DNA from: Sphagnum compactum
Lineage: Eukaryota
DNA: 64,000 nucleotides
Assembly (NCBI GenBank): GCA_965153455.1
Contig: OZ234493.1
Coordinates: 35,206,213 to 35,270,212 of the forward strand
Direction of reading: 5' to 3'
Every line of letters begins with the position of its first letter. Position 1 is the first letter of the stretch. Positions 24,157-38,761 of the stretch are shown here, in pieces. A program made the position numbers and the translations under genes. Under the pieces are notes generated by a model. That model saw only the letters and a list, made by a program, of their open reading frames with translations, was not told the DNA's origin and made no database searches.

Positions 24157-27100
24157 ATACATGGGTATTATTTGTGTTTTACAAAATTTGGTATTCATCA
24201 GTTGCATATATAGCAATAAAGTTATGGGACTTCGCTTTGTATCAATATGCAACTAAATGTAACATTTAGTTGGGGCATTAATCCAAAGCAAAGTTGCATT
24301 TCGTTGGGTATATAATACATAGCAAAAACAATGTAGCTTTTGGTTGAGAATTTATCCAAAGCAAACTTGAAATTATTACTTCAAGGCTATAAATAAATAC
24401 GTAGCAAAATTCCATAACAATGTTACTTTTCATTGAGTATTCATCCATAGCACACTTGAATTTGTTAATTGGGTATAAATAAATACATCGCAAAATTTTG
24501 TAAATGTGCTTTTAGTTGAGTATTCATCCAAAGCAAATGTGAATTTAGTTTGGTATTAATACAAAGCAAAGTCACATAACCGGCTTACTTTAGATTCTTG
24601 TTAGGTCATCTTTGCACAAACTCCATCTTCATTATCTAAAGAGGAAATGCTGAAAGAGAATGTTTTCTCTGAATAGAATGTCAAATCAAGGTACTTTAAT
24701 GCCCACTAGTCTTTTGGCACTAAATTGTTAGTGCAAAATCATTCATTCTAATAAGTGTTCATTGTGGGCTCCCAATTCCAACATGATGGCCATAAAAGCA
24801 TTGCCCACTTGTTCTTACATTTGGCACCCCAATATATGATCATATGATCAAGGTTTCACACTATTTGCAATTTGGCCAAAAGGGTTTTAAGGAGGAAAAT
24901 GATGCAATATCCCATATATCAAAACTAGGACAATTCTAAAATGAAATATCAACAACATATGTATTATGGAACTAATGTTTTTTAAACGAATTTTTTAATG
25001 TAGTTTAAATGGCAATCATCCCTATAAAGATCTACAAAAAAATGACAATAATCCCTAGGAAGATTTAGCCAAATATGGTGATGAACAAGTTATGAAGTAC
25101 AAATCTTTAATTTTGTACTTATAGATACACACTGAAACCAAATATTAAAAATCTTGCAATTTTATTTTATTTCTTCACTTTTGGGGATTGAGAGTTGAAA
25201 CCCTCCAAAAAAAATAAATAAATAATAATTTCGGTTTTTGGCAAAATTTCACCAGGGAAAAATATGTTGTATGGAAACACCACATGTGGGTGAGCCATTT
25301 AGGGTTGCCGAGGCAGTGCACCTAGCATAATGGATACTTATGACATTCTATTCGGAGAAAACATTCCATTATGTTAACATCTTAAATGAATGATTGTTAT
25401 GCACCATGAAATCTCTATGGGAAGGACATGTGGATGTTTATGTGAGCATTATGAGAACATCATTGGCACATCACTAGAACATGGGAACATGAAAAAAAAA
25501 GATGAGAACATTTCTTACATATAAATCTTCTAATTTGAAAAATTATACGTCATAATCTTCTACCTTGACAGATTATATAGCAAAGTTTTCTTGTTCATAA
25601 AATGAATTGTTATCCAAGTGACATGAGGCAAGTTGAAGAGCACCATCTTTAACTAGCCTAATTGAATACAATGATGACCACAAATGTCTTGGGAATACTT
25701 GCATGTGCCATGTGCCCCATTTTTGTGAAGGCCTTTTTCTTACAAGTTTTTTTATGAAGGGTAAAAACATCTCCAATTCCACCATACCTTAAGCACCTAC
25801 AATGACAACCAATGAAAACTAATGATGTCACAATCCCCATTGTAACACCTATGCACATCATCAAAATTGAGCCAACCTTGTCAAATTTTTTTCCTTGCTC
25901 CAACAACATACATTGTACCATCATTACCAACAACATTTGTCACCCATTGTATTGTTGTCACCATACATCCTTTCATTTGTTTTGTCAACAATTCTTCAAG
26001 AAACATACATATCCACGACAAGAGTTCAAACAAATGCAAAGCAAATGAAAAAAAGGTAAGAACTTCAAGGATGAAGAGGAGAGTAAACTTTCTTCATGTG
26101 AGCCAAGATTCAATTATAGCAATAAATAGCACACCACCACATTTTGGGAATGAATGGTTTTGCATGACAATTGATTGAAGCCAAATGGATATGTTGGACA
26201 ACCACCAAGGAACTTGGATATAAAACAAATCCTCATCAAACACAATGTTTCCAATTGGTGTGTATGGTAGCATTGCATATTTCAATGAATCAACGAGATC
26301 CATAGAAGATATTCTTGACAAAACCCTTTAACCCTATAAACTTAAACACCCTAGAGGTTTAGCACTTTGTTTTATTCATTGTTGGTTTTATTGAAAGATG
26401 TGCCAAGGTGGAATGATTTGCGTGAAAATCAATGGAGAACAATGCCCTTGAAGCAACATTGTCCATGTTCAAGAAGCACAACATGAGGAGTTTGAAGGCA
26501 ACAACTCAATTGATGTAGAGGTTGTTGTCCCCAAAATGTTTAATTTCACATAATTACAAAACAACTAATAGGCAATTACCGTATGAAGGAGGAAGAAATA
26601 CTTGAAAAAATCCATGAGCTAACATATTTAAAAACACATGTAATGGCAATTACAATGTGAAGGTGGAAACCTTGCAAGAATCACAACTTCACAACTTTTC
26701 ACAATGTTCATAAAGTTGAGCTGATTTGATCTAGAGGTTAACCAATACTTGCAACTCCAACATTCAAAAGAACTTACAAAGCTTAAACGGTGCTTGGTGT
26801 TGCTTCACAATCCAAGCCCATTATTGTAATTATGATCATCAAAATGGCCATCTCAATCAAACTCAACATGAAAATAACCATGCAAGTGTCTCTACAAATT
26901 TTGCCATGCCCACAAATAGTTTTATCAAATTGGAGTTTATTATAGGTTTTGTGTTCTTAGCTAGGGCAATAGTAGATGGAACAATCAATATGCCCATCAT
27001 CGTAGGACCAAACACACACCCACCCATTGTTTTTTCTATTTCAACAACCCATGGAACTCATTGGAACCTTCTAACAACCATGATGGACAACAATGGAAGC

Positions 27101-28479
27101 TTCAACCTGTAACAATTTGGGTTTTTTTTACAACTACTCACAAATATTTGCTTGCTAGAATGGTCCACTTTTGACCAAAATTTGAATCGTTAATAATATT
27201 TTTCATAATGTGTTTTTATAAGCCAATTTTTTTTAATTATAAATTTGTAAAAACATTCACCTTTCCAATGAATAATGACACCTAACCATTAATATAAAGT
27301 AGGTTACAATCTTCATGATTTTTATTTTATTTTTGATATCACATAATCATGACATGGAGGACTTTGCCAATTTTGCTAATTTTTGGTGTCATTGAAAGTT
27401 AATAAAACTTTCATATGATGTTGAAATAGTTTAGAAAAGTTAATAATTTTGAATTGCAAACCACATTTATGGATTTTGGAGAGTCCATTTAAGTTATTTC
27501 ATTACAAACCACGATTATAATGAGTCCATTTCCACCTTCTATAAGGATTGTCATGTACAATTAAAAAATTCCCCTATTTGACATTAAAAATTTCAAAATC
27601 TTCCATTTTTATAATCAAATTATGATTCAATATCTCTTCATAAAAGTAAAAGAATTTTTTTTGACATAAGAGTCATTTTAATCCAACAAAAAAAATGACA
27701 CTACAACATTCAAAAATGGACACTTTAACTTGCAAACACCTTCATTTTTTGGGTGTTTGGTGGAAATAAGTAGATAGATGTTTTAGTTTGCAATTTTGTT
27801 CTGAAAATTTAAGATTTGGTTTTTTGACAACAACTTGTGATCGACCTCCCATTTTGTGGAGGTTTGTAAACCTTTAATTGTTTTGTTTTCTATTGTTGAG
27901 AAAATGTCAAACTTTAGGTTAGTGCAATGTAATACATGTTTTAACCTTCTTTCCAAAGTTTGAGGTCAAAGTTAAATTTTTGCTTGCCCTTCCAATTGCA
28001 ACAACAATTCAAAATTCGCTACTATAGATCATGTTTTTTATGTTGTTTTTTATGACTAGATTTCAATCAAAACAAACACTTGGACAAGTTGATTCTATAA
28101 TAAAAAACAACTAGTCGTTTAAAGACCACATAAACAACACATTGATCATTTTGAACATAACCAAGTTACCTTAATTATGTCCATTGTGTCATGTTTGTTT
28201 TAATAACCAAAATTTTGTCATTGCAATTGTGCTAGTTGATGTGGTATAGGTTCATCTTATTTAACAAAAAATTAGAATAGGTGTATTTGATCATGTTGAC
28301 TAATAGGTAGCATAAATAATGATTAGGATTTTCAAATTATTATTATTAAATAATTGGTAGGTAGGTGTAACTAATCATTCTAACCTACCTACCCTACTTA
28401 ACTTCATCTACCCAACCTACCTAACCTTGGTTACCTAGCCTTGTCCCTTAGGTATACATTCATAAGTTGGAAGTATAAT

Positions 28480-29330
28480 CAATTGCAATCTACCACATCA
28501 TCCTCATAACCACTCTCATTTGTTTTCAAGCATTAAAAAGTGTAATTTATCACACATTGTCATAGTGATCTAAGGTTGGCTCTTAAATATCCCATTTGCA
28601 CTATAGTTGTTTACATTAAACATGATCACCTAAGGTCGATTCAATTTGTGAAGTAATATTTAAAGTATAAACAATTATTCACATTGAAAGTCATGCATGT
28701 ATATTCACCAAGTTCAATAGGTTTACAACGAGTGAAAATTTATCCAATACATTGACATCATTTTTGTCCCAAGTAGATGAAAGAATGCATACCATATTCA
28801 CAAATACTTGCAAATTATGACTTAAGAATGATGCTTCTATGTCCATCTTTACCTTGAAACTGACCCTGCCATGCCACAAGGCCATATTCCATTGATAATG
28901 CATGTAGCCAATGGATATAAACATATTAGGAAAATATCTTGTCTCATTGATTGTTAGTTACTTAGTGAAATCAACTCATGTTGGTTGCCTCAAGTAAGTA
29001 GACTCAAAACAAGCTTAAATTCCTATTGGAAATCATTTCATAACTTCCATGTTTCTATTTTCACCCAACCTACAATATTCATCAATTGCATCTACAATCA
29101 TTTTGTAAGCAAACAATTTTAGTGTTGTAATGCATTTTTGAATGTTCCACAAACCCTACATTCCTAAAACATCACACTTGCAAGAAAAGTAGACATCACG
29201 TCCATAATTCTCAAAAATAAAACTCTACTCATTTTAATCACCTTTTAAAAAATCTCCCATTATATACAATGTTACTATTAAAATAATTTACATAGTTCCT
29301 ATCATGCCCAAGCTACCTATTTCTAGGCAA
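28480..29330 (-). mobile_element. PIF/Harbinger DDE transposase pseudogene
   Basis: Minus-strand translation DVYFSCKCDVLGM*GLWNIQKCITTLKLFAYKMIVDAIDEYCRLGE...YLRQPT...RYFPNMFISIGYMHYQW...NDVNVLDK matches plant Harbinger motifs (QKCTAA.RMLAYG..AD..DEY.R.GE; RGFPGMLGSIDCMHW.W; NDINVL); multiple stops. Confidence 0.85.
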
Positions 29331-30839
29331 ATTAAAAGATCTTTTGAGTCTAAAACCACCATGGATGATTTGATGTGGGTGCGATCACAATCAAATGAAC
29401 TAAAAACCATATCAAACAACCAAAAAACTATAATTTTGTCAACCATATAATATAATGCCACTTTAATGTCATGTTGATCAAGAAAATTTGTGTTAAATGA
29501 TTTACATGAATGTTGAAAGCTTCAAAAAAATGATTTAACTTAATAAATTGAGTTTTGGTTTTAGTAAAGGACTTATGAACTTTAAAACCAAAAAATCAAT
29601 TTTACAAAGCACTAAATTAAAGACTCTTTTAACAAAATAATTTAATGGAAAACAAATTGAAAATGATAATAACCTACCATCACATACGAAAAACACTCAT
29701 AATTTAAAAATTGTGGTACTTGAAACTTTTTTAAATTCAAAAGTAATTTCAAAATGTTCAAATTTCAAAAGCCATTTACTAGATGTAAATGGGTCATAAT
29801 GTGTATGACATATTAACAAAATTGTGGCTTATGATACGAAAAACTAAAGCTTAAAGTAGTTGTCATATTTTTGCATGATTTGAAATTATGATCATTTTTC
29901 AAGACGAAATGTAAAATCTGACAAAATATGTATTTTTAGACATTTCATATTTATTCAAAAAAATTTAACACAAACTATGTAATTTATTGGGAAAACTGAA
30001 AATATTTTTAAAAATATATTGTAAAAAAAATCCTTCAAAAAATCCTTTATATTAAAAAGTCAAAATGTTTACAAAATGCCCATTTATGGTTGAGTCCTTT
30101 GTCATTGTTGGCTTATTTGATTGTGATTGCACCCATGTTTATGTTCCATTATTACAAAACTAATTTTTTTGTGTTCACCAACATGTTCATGAATCTTTCT
30201 TCATCTTTTTCACCATACAATTTGTTCTATTATTTGAATTACTACAACATTTTTCCATTATTGACCCATGGGTGTTTAGAGTTGTGCATTATCAACAACT
30301 AAAATTTTTGAACCCAATGGCAATAACTATAACTCTACAAAGGAGCACAGTGAATGGGAATAAGATGTAAAATTTTTGATTTTAGAACAATTACACAATG
30401 TGAACTAAATTGACCATGGCACATACCTACAAAATTTTGTTATAAGCAATTTGTTGTAATTTCAAAGGAGTTATGCGATGATCAAACTGAGCTAAAATCA
30501 ACTCCCATCATGTAATTATTTTCATGTTGCACAAATGCGCTACCTCGCATTCATATTTAATGCCACCTTCTTCAAGTATCCCCAGACCAACCTTTGGACA
30601 CACTTGCACCAAAACATGCTAGAATTGTATCACACACTAGAACATCCTTTAAACACTTGCAATCCCATATGAATTTGTTACATTAAAATATTTGTGGCAA
30701 ATCAATCAAAATGTAAACCCTAAAACATGCATGTTAAAAATCATTACCACTCAACATATGAATTGAACAAGAAACTCCATTACAATTTGTATGAAATTGT
30801 TTCATCGAAAGATGTGTTAAATGAATTTGCAAGGTCTAT

Positions 30840-31751
30840 TGTTGCAACGCTAGCCTTGGGCTCGCGACAAAGACAAGGGGTTGCAAAGTTGCGGGCCAAG
30901 AAGGAAACCTGAGAGTCATGTCGCATGCTCTTGGGAGTGCAAGAGAGTGTGAGAGAATAGACCTTCACACTCCCAAGGGAACTCCCACTTTGGGAGTTGG
31001 AGTCTTAGTGGACTCCCGAATGTTTAGAGAACGATTGCAGGGGCCAGAACCCAATGGATTGAGAAGTCCTTTATATTATTGGAAAGCTATTGAAATGTAG
31101 ATGTCTAAAATGGGCTCGCATGACCCATTTGGACATCTGAAACACAAATTATGGCCAAAAGAAGGGTCGGGAGTCAAATTGGCAATTTAACTCCCGACCA
31201 CTAAGAGTCGGGAATCGACCCGATTTCCTTATGCGCAGGTGGTGTGCGACATACTATTGGAAATTCTCGATGAGGGCTACATCTTTACTTTAAACTTGAT
31301 CTCAATCGGAGGTTTGCACGCAAAGTTATGGGCCCCCAAAGTCATAAGAGTCCCAACTTTGGCAATTTTGGGACTCCCACTTGGGAGTCCCGGGACAAAA
31401 TGTCATTTGGATGTGGGCCTCGTAGAGAAACGCAGAGTATACTATAAGGGGGAAGGTGGTGGCTTCCCCCAAGTCCAGGTTGTGATGAGTTTTGTGAGTC
31501 CGAGTTGCTCGTGGCTCGTCCTAGCACCAAAAGTGCTCCAACTATGCACTAACCACTTTGTGTTGGTTTTGTGCAGGACCGTATGAGTAGTTGTTACTTG
31601 TCATTCTTCCTAGTCCCGTCCCGGAGCTCCAACACGCCCCTCTACCCCTCCACAGTGCTGCGAGCCAGGGAGTGTGCCCCGACTCTTTACTCTTCCGATG
31701 TTTTCTGTTTGGACTCACATTTGAGTCCCTTAAGGAGTTGGGAGCACGTCA
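30840..31751. mobile_element. Solo LTR (912 bp)
   Basis: GC-richer island beginning TGTTGCAAC and ending ACGTCA (TG...CA); flanks TCTAT / TGTAT give a 4/5 match to a 5-bp TSD; no gag/pol sequence and no second LTR in the window. Confidence 0.75.
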
Positions 31752-33403
31752 TGTATGGTGTTCTTGCAATGAAATGCAAAATTTTACAACAAAGTGTGAA
31801 CAACAAACCTATAAACTCCTCAACAACATTGCTTTTATAGGGGGGTTTTACACAAATTTTGCAATGGAAATGTTATTAAGGACCCTTTCAAAGCTTGAAA
31901 AGTTTTCACCATTGTTTAGTTGAACATTACCCTTGTTTACTAGGCTCAAACTTGCAATGCCCCTTCAAGGTTCCCTTCCCGTATACATATTATAAAATTG
32001 ATTATGAACATATTATGGGTTCGAATTCGTTAATTCATTTGGCTTTAGCAAATTATGGGATTGTTAATACAAAGAAACCAAACCCAAAAAAACACATAAA
32101 CCATATGTATTCATTTGTCTGAACATTATGTTTATTAACACAGCAAATTAACTAAAGATGATGAAAATACACTTTTCAACCTAAATGGATGGTTGAACAA
32201 TTCATTTGCCACTCACCATGCAAATGTTATATGTACAAAAATTATAATCGTTAGGTTACCAACAACACATGTATGCAACATAAAAAACATCCATATATGC
32301 TTAAATAAATTTTTTCAACACATTTTCATAAACAACAATCATTGGCTATCAATTAAAATATATGCCTCCAATCTAGGACTGCACTACACAATACATGATT
32401 CAAAGACACTACTCATGACAAGTTTAGTAGATGAAACTATATATTTATCAACTAATACAATTAATGTTGAACATCTATTGTATAAAGATACAAATTTCAT
32501 GCAACAAATACACAATTCATCATGTGAAGTTTTCATAATAATGTATGCCATTGATATAACATTTGGATTCAACCTGGAACAACTTGTTTATAGTTTGTCA
32601 CAAATGTGATTGCATTTGCACAACAACATAAACAATAAAAATATTTCCATTTTCCAAACACCCACCATACCTATTATGGGTTGCATACGACCTTTATTTA
32701 AATTAGTGAATTGTCACTGGTATTGCATAGCAACATAAAGCCCAAGTTATATATATATATATTTTCCATGTCGGTTTCACACCAAAAAGAAAAAGAAAAA
32801 GCCATTTCTTAATAATTTAGATGTAAAAATTGAGAAAGGAGTTTAAACTTGCAAATTAATCCCAAAAAATAATTGTTTTGTTGCACCACATTGTGAACAT
32901 TGCCCCCTCCAATCCATACTTTCCAATTCTATCTCAAGTGATGACATTTATGTCAAAACATCCAAAGTTTCCAACTTCGAACGCGATCATATGTGACATT
33001 TGATAACATTGTGAAATACAACACTATTTGCCAAGGGTAATTTATCAATTGAATAGGAAAAAGGTCTACTTTTGGCAAGTTTTCATCTATTGTGCAATGA
33101 CAATGTATTGTTATTGTTTATGTTGTTGTGCAAATGTAATTGCATTTGTGGCTCATTCATTCATTGGTTCCCATACATTGTTGTATGTGTTTGTTATTCC
33201 ATGCGAATGTACACACAATTTTTCATTTTTATAGAAATACCACATTGATGTCAATTCGCGTCTGATTCAAAATCTATGTCCAATAGTAAAATAACATATG
33301 TTTTTTCTCAATGGATGAAGATTTTTTCTAATATGAGAAAACCCATGTGGATTTCTTATCCAATTCAAAACCTATTTTCATTGGGGGAAGAACCCACATC
33401 AAC

Positions 33404-33405
<2 letters not shown>

Positions 33406-33437
<32 letters not shown>
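33406..33437. repeat. (GA)n microsatellite; others at ~6286-6306, ~19836-19869 and ~36211-36244
   Basis: Directly visible. Confidence 0.9.
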
Positions 33438-33439
<2 letters not shown>

Positions 33440-35228
33440 CCATTGAAGGATGCAGGTACTACGTGAATTTCATTGATGACCACACAAGGAAGGTATAGGT
33501 CTATAAATAACGGTTTGGTTCTCACTTGGTTCCACATTTCAAAGCATGTGCACCAAGAGATGTTTGTGTAATGGTTTGTTAAAACCAATACACAAACTCA
33601 TATGTCATACAAGTGCATGCATACAAAGATCATAAACCTGTACAATTGTATGCCTTTTATGACATTAATGTTCTTGTAGTTTGTGATCTTGATCCTTAAT
33701 TCATAAGGGAGTTGAGGGCTATAGGGAACAAGTGGTTGATAAACAAGATGATACTCACCTACTTGAAAATCCTACACACTAAAACCATACCAAATATATG
33801 TATGGAGAAGGATTAGTTCATGTCTATGTTAGGAATGCACAACAAAAAAGAAATATATCACATCTGTAGAAACCCATATGCATTATACAAAAAGAGCCAA
33901 AACAATTACACTATTGCTTCTTCTTGTTGAGTTTCTAAGTTGATTTGTATGATTGAAACCTTCCCATCATCTTATGGAAATGAGTGTTCATTAGTGAACT
34001 TGACAATTCTAGCATTGAGGGTTGTAATAGATCCAATTGAATGTGTAGTCCTTGCCTGAACACATGGCCCAACAAAAGAGAGAAGCTGAATGAAAGACCA
34101 AGTGGGATTCCCGCAGCTCCTTCTTTACAAGGCTCTATTCAAAATCATTTGGAAAGTTCTCCAAACACGAAAATTCCAAGAACAAATTCCTCTTTATTGA
34201 GCAAAACTCTAGCCCTTTTACACAAATCCTTCAAAGGTAGGCTTTATTCTTTAGAACAACAATAAGACTGATCATCTGAGAGACGATGAAAACTATAGAA
34301 CTATAACTCCTCCAGAACCCGTAAAAACTGACTACTCATATTGCCAGTGATAGAGATACTTCAATTAACATGAGCCATACTGGTCCTGTCAATACCTGCA
34401 TACTCTGGTTGAGTTCATTTATCAAAGATATCACAGGAAACACCTTGAGGACTTTGGTTTCCAGCTAAATCTAAGTTACAAGAGAAGCAATTAGAAGCAG
34501 AATTAACTCACAAGACATTTTAGTGAACATGGCTGACTTCAAAACAGTCTTTGTCCCAAGTGTCAAAAAAGAAATACAACAAACATGCAGGAGCTTTGAA
34601 TATAACCTTCGACCAGTTCGGCAGTGACAAGAAACTAAGAAGCTGCTGCAGAGTGCAAGGAGTCTGCAATACTAAATACTAAATACAGACAGCAGAACAG
34701 CTTTGTGAGAAAGCATGAACCTATGCTGCTGTAGATGCTTTTCAAAGTTGGATCTCAAGATCCACTGCAGAAATGAATCCATCAACTATGCAGGTACCAT
34801 GTGTTTAGGGCTGGACCTCACCCTAGGCACATTTCCTGAAATGAATTTAAAAGCAAAGAGGAGTCAATGTGACAATTCAAATCTTGAAATTTATAAACCC
34901 TAGTGTCCCAAACATCTTGCTGATGCTGATCAATATGGACTAACCCTGACCAATAAGAAACATCAAGGTCCCAGAAAAAGAAAGAATTTGTGTACCTAAT
35001 GGCTTTGCACTCTTTCAGACCCTCAATTTCCTGTGCTAAAAAAAGCTCCATCCTCTTTACCAACAATGGTAGGAGTTGGTGGCTTGCCTCTTGTACTAAG
35101 AATAAGCATGAGGTGAACAAATGCATATAATGGACAATCCTGTGATTATAATGATGACACTAAGCAGGATCTTGAGGCTTAAAAATGCCCAATCCACGTT
35201 GAGGACAAAGTTCAAAAATTGAAATGCA

Positions 35229-36207
35229 CTAATATACGACAAGAAGTGAGAATGCCACATAGATCAAACCGCATGGGTACGCCACTAACACTTTATGCTC
35301 ATCAGCATGAGGAACCAAAACAGCCATCAAGCTTGTACATGACCGTGTGCACCAGAGCACTGTTACCGCAGCCATAATTAGTTTCACAAGCCCCCTGCAC
35401 ATCCCCACAACTACACTTAGTACAGTGTAACTGTGAACAATAATGGCTGTATTCATGCCAGTGAATTATCCATTTCCAATGCCAAACATGACAATTAGGG
35501 GTGGGTTTAGCTTTAAGCTAACTAGCCATATGCGAAGACTGCAGGGGTGGAAAGAAGCAATTTAAATGGAATTATGTTCTGGCATCTCTGTGTAAAGAAG
35601 CATAATTAAGTAAGAGAAAATGGGGGAGGAAATTTTTTCTGCACCTGCCAGGTACAAATATTGATAGTGCAGAAAACAGCACCATGGGAATGAGACAGTA
35701 GCCTACTAGGCTAACACACCGATACAAGTCGAGGCTGCCATTCTTCCCTGCCAACAAATTGAAAACCATGTACAAGAACAAAGAAGCCAGTGTTGTCCAC
35801 CCTAAGATCACTCCGAAATGTAGTTTACCGGCTAGAAGCTGGCATACACCAAATAGGACACAGAATATGATGGGCCCTGACAAATCAGCATCCTCATGAA
35901 GATCTGGATTTACGCGGAAGGGGTTCAAAACTGTAATAGTTCTTCGCATGATTTGTGGAATGTTGATCCCAAGCTCTGCCACATCACGGAATAAAAGGTA
36001 TCAGTCTCTGCACTTTCCAACTATGAAGAACCTTGCCCATGCAGGTAGAAAAGAAGGGGGATTCCTTGAGTGGTCAGTGATAGCTGTTATGACAGGTGAC
36101 TGCTACTACTTGAGCTCTATTCCACACCCCAGGCTCAGGGGTTCAGGTATACATTCTAATGAAAGTGGGGATGCCCAGAACCACAACCAAAACAACCAAA
36201 AATAATG

Positions 36208-36249
<42 letters not shown>

Positions 36250-38133
36250 GATGGAGAACTTTCAAAGATATTTTGATCCTTTCAGGACAAAAAAACTGGC
36301 TTTGGAAAGCTCCCCACTTAGGACTAAGAAGTTCTTGATTAATTATTTGAAGATTCTAAGGAAAAAAAAACAAAAAACAAAAATGCTTGTTAAGAAAACT
36401 TCTACTCCAAACTAGTAGAAACTTTGAAGCATAACCTTTACTCTTAAGCAGACCAATTACACTTGCCATTTCAGTTAACAAAGAAACTCTTTGGAGCTAC
36501 TAAAAACAGAGCCTGAAAAACCTATAGAACTGCCAATTCAATAGTAATTGCCTATTGGAATCCACACAAGGCATATGTCTCATGTTTAAACCAGTGTTGG
36601 GCAGGTATCGACTTTTGAACATACCAGCTTGTACGAGTATTGCACCTGTTTTTTCAAAGTTCAGGTATCTCTTTTTAAAACTTCATACCGGCCTAGTACT
36701 AGATCTCTTTTCAAACTTTCATACCAGCCTGGTCCTATTAGGGTCCCAGGCTGATTTTTGACTGGTATGCATGAGCCTGGCACATACCTGGTACTGAGAC
36801 TAATGCAGGTATTACCTCAAGCCCCTACCAGGTAGACACTAGTACAAGAGGCAGGCATTTACCTTATGTCCCTACCAGGCAGGTACTGGTATGAGGTTGC
36901 TATTGCCTGGTGCCATATACTAGTCTGGTGGTCAGTCCTTTGATACCAGTAACAGTATCAACCTATATACTAGGGTTCCAGCCTGGTACCTGCCCAACAC
37001 TGGTCAAAAACTTGGATACTCTGGGTTGAGAGAGCTTACTAAAAACCATTGAAGCTTAAGCTATGGTACTCCTAGGATATTCCTGAGTCTCCAAAGATCA
37101 CAGCAGAAAAGCATTAGGCACACACAATTGAGCTCACAAAAGGGTCTATGATATATGCTGTGGCTGGAGAGTCTTTTGACTAGCTAGAAAGCGCAAAGCT
37201 GGAGAAAGCAGAGATATCAGAAACTAACAGATCACCTACAAACTTCTTACTGAGGATGATGGGGGACTTGAGCATCATATCAAAACTTTTATTCTCTAGA
37301 TTCCAATTCTGATAGGCTTGATCTTTGCATAAAAGAGTTGAGAAATCAAAGGACTGGAACCAAAAAAGGGAAGAAGATTTTGCCAGCCAACCTTTGTTTG
37401 TTCTTGAGCAATTCTAGAGCTCCATCATGATAATGATTACTTCAACCTCTCTCTCTCTCTCAAAGGATGCCTTTTTGAACTTAACTATTTTTTCAGAGTG
37501 GACAATCAATCAGCTTCTTGCATTGTGGGTGATAACATAGCCTCAAACACACAAAAGCTATACAGCCCATGGTACAAAAGGACAGAAAAGAAAAGAAAGC
37601 ACTACTGGACGCTCTTACCTGATTCTGAATTCAGTTGTAACTATGAACCTCGACTGTGTTGGAGAATGCAGATGCTTGTGTTCCTGACATCTGCATTGAA
37701 GAAAGATTCTCGGATATAGGTATACTCAGCTTCTTCCCCGTGTGCATTTAGGGTACTGATAGTAAGAATGCCGTGGACAGAATTTGGAGGAAAAGAGAGA
37801 GAGACACACACAAAAGATACAGAGAACTCGAGAAGCGGCTAGGCTTATGAACAAGAGTTGATTACACACACACACACCTTCAAGAAGCGGAAGCTCGTCT
37901 TCAAACGCGCCGAATCCATTTCCGCTTCCTCCGCCGTAGGAAAGACGGCCTGATGGTGGAGCTACATTTCCTGATGAAGGAGCTCCAAGGTCGAAAGGCA
38001 TGAAAGGGAGAACCGACGCTCCGTTCCTCCCCATCGGCCCCTGCCCTCCTGCCATCTGCCCAGAAGGAGCCCTTGGCCTCTGCCCTCTGAACGGCTCCGC
38101 TCCATCGAACGACAACGCCACATCGTCCCTCAT
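35229..38133 (-). CDS. YIP1: YIP1-domain Golgi/ER membrane protein (YIPF5/Yip1-like), 250 aa; exons 38133-37878, 35975-35645, 35394-35229
   Basis: GT-AG introns join in frame (256+331+166 = 753 nt). Splicing creates the signature FEDELPLLEELGIN, followed by DADLSGP, SLVGYCLIPMV and LVAYPCGLIY. Confidence 0.93.
36592..37002. mobile_element. hAT-like MITE in YIP1 intron 1
   Basis: Perfect 16-bp TIR CAGTGTTGGGCAGGTA / TACCTGCCCAACACTG; internal TACCAG/CTGGTA repeats; flanks GTTTAAAC / GTCAAAAA match 5/8. Confidence 0.8.
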
Positions 38134-38375
38134 CGCTCCCCCTTGTTCCTCTCTGTCTTTCTCTGTGGATAGATCGATCGATCGAGTTTGGTTGCTTCCT
38201 TCGCTTCAGCGCTCTCCCCTCTCACCAGCTTCCCGCAAACAAAACAACAAACCCTAGATTTGTCGTGCACCCAAAGCTCGAGATGCCCAAAAGGGGAGAG
38301 GGGGGGGCGGGTGCGGGCAGAGCGACGACGGGTATCATCCTATTAGATGGAAGGAAATGAGAACCGGAAAAGACC

Positions 38376-38761
38376 CGGTGTTGTGTGTGTAAATGGTTTG
38401 GGACTTACTCCATGTAAGTGTAGATCCCATAATGAAATTTTATTTACATTCTGTGTAAGTGTCTAATATTCATTTACATTCAATAAGTGTAAAATTGTGT
38501 AAATTTATTTTATGTCATGTAAAACAATGTAAGTGTAAAATAATGTTTTCTTTTTTTTTTTTTTTTTGGGAACTTAAGAGGCCCAAAAACAAGATGACGT
38601 TATGAATAACGTTAGTATATACACTTACACATTCACCAAAACATTTACACAATGTTGTGTAAGTGTAAAAAGTTTGGACATGTAAAACGTAAATCATTTT
38701 ACACTTACACATGATTTACATGCCGTATATACGACCATTGACACTTACACACACAACACTC
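38376..38761. mobile_element. MITE in the YIP1 upstream region
   Basis: Perfect 15-bp inverted repeat GTGTTGTGTGTGTAA (38378) / TTACACACACAACAC (ends 38759); internal TGTAAGTGT/ACACTTACA motifs in both orientations. Confidence 0.75.

Noticed and set aside
30918-31923. Cluster of ORFs of 60-115 aa
   Set aside because: They lie in or overlap the GC-richer solo LTR and show no gag/pol motifs.
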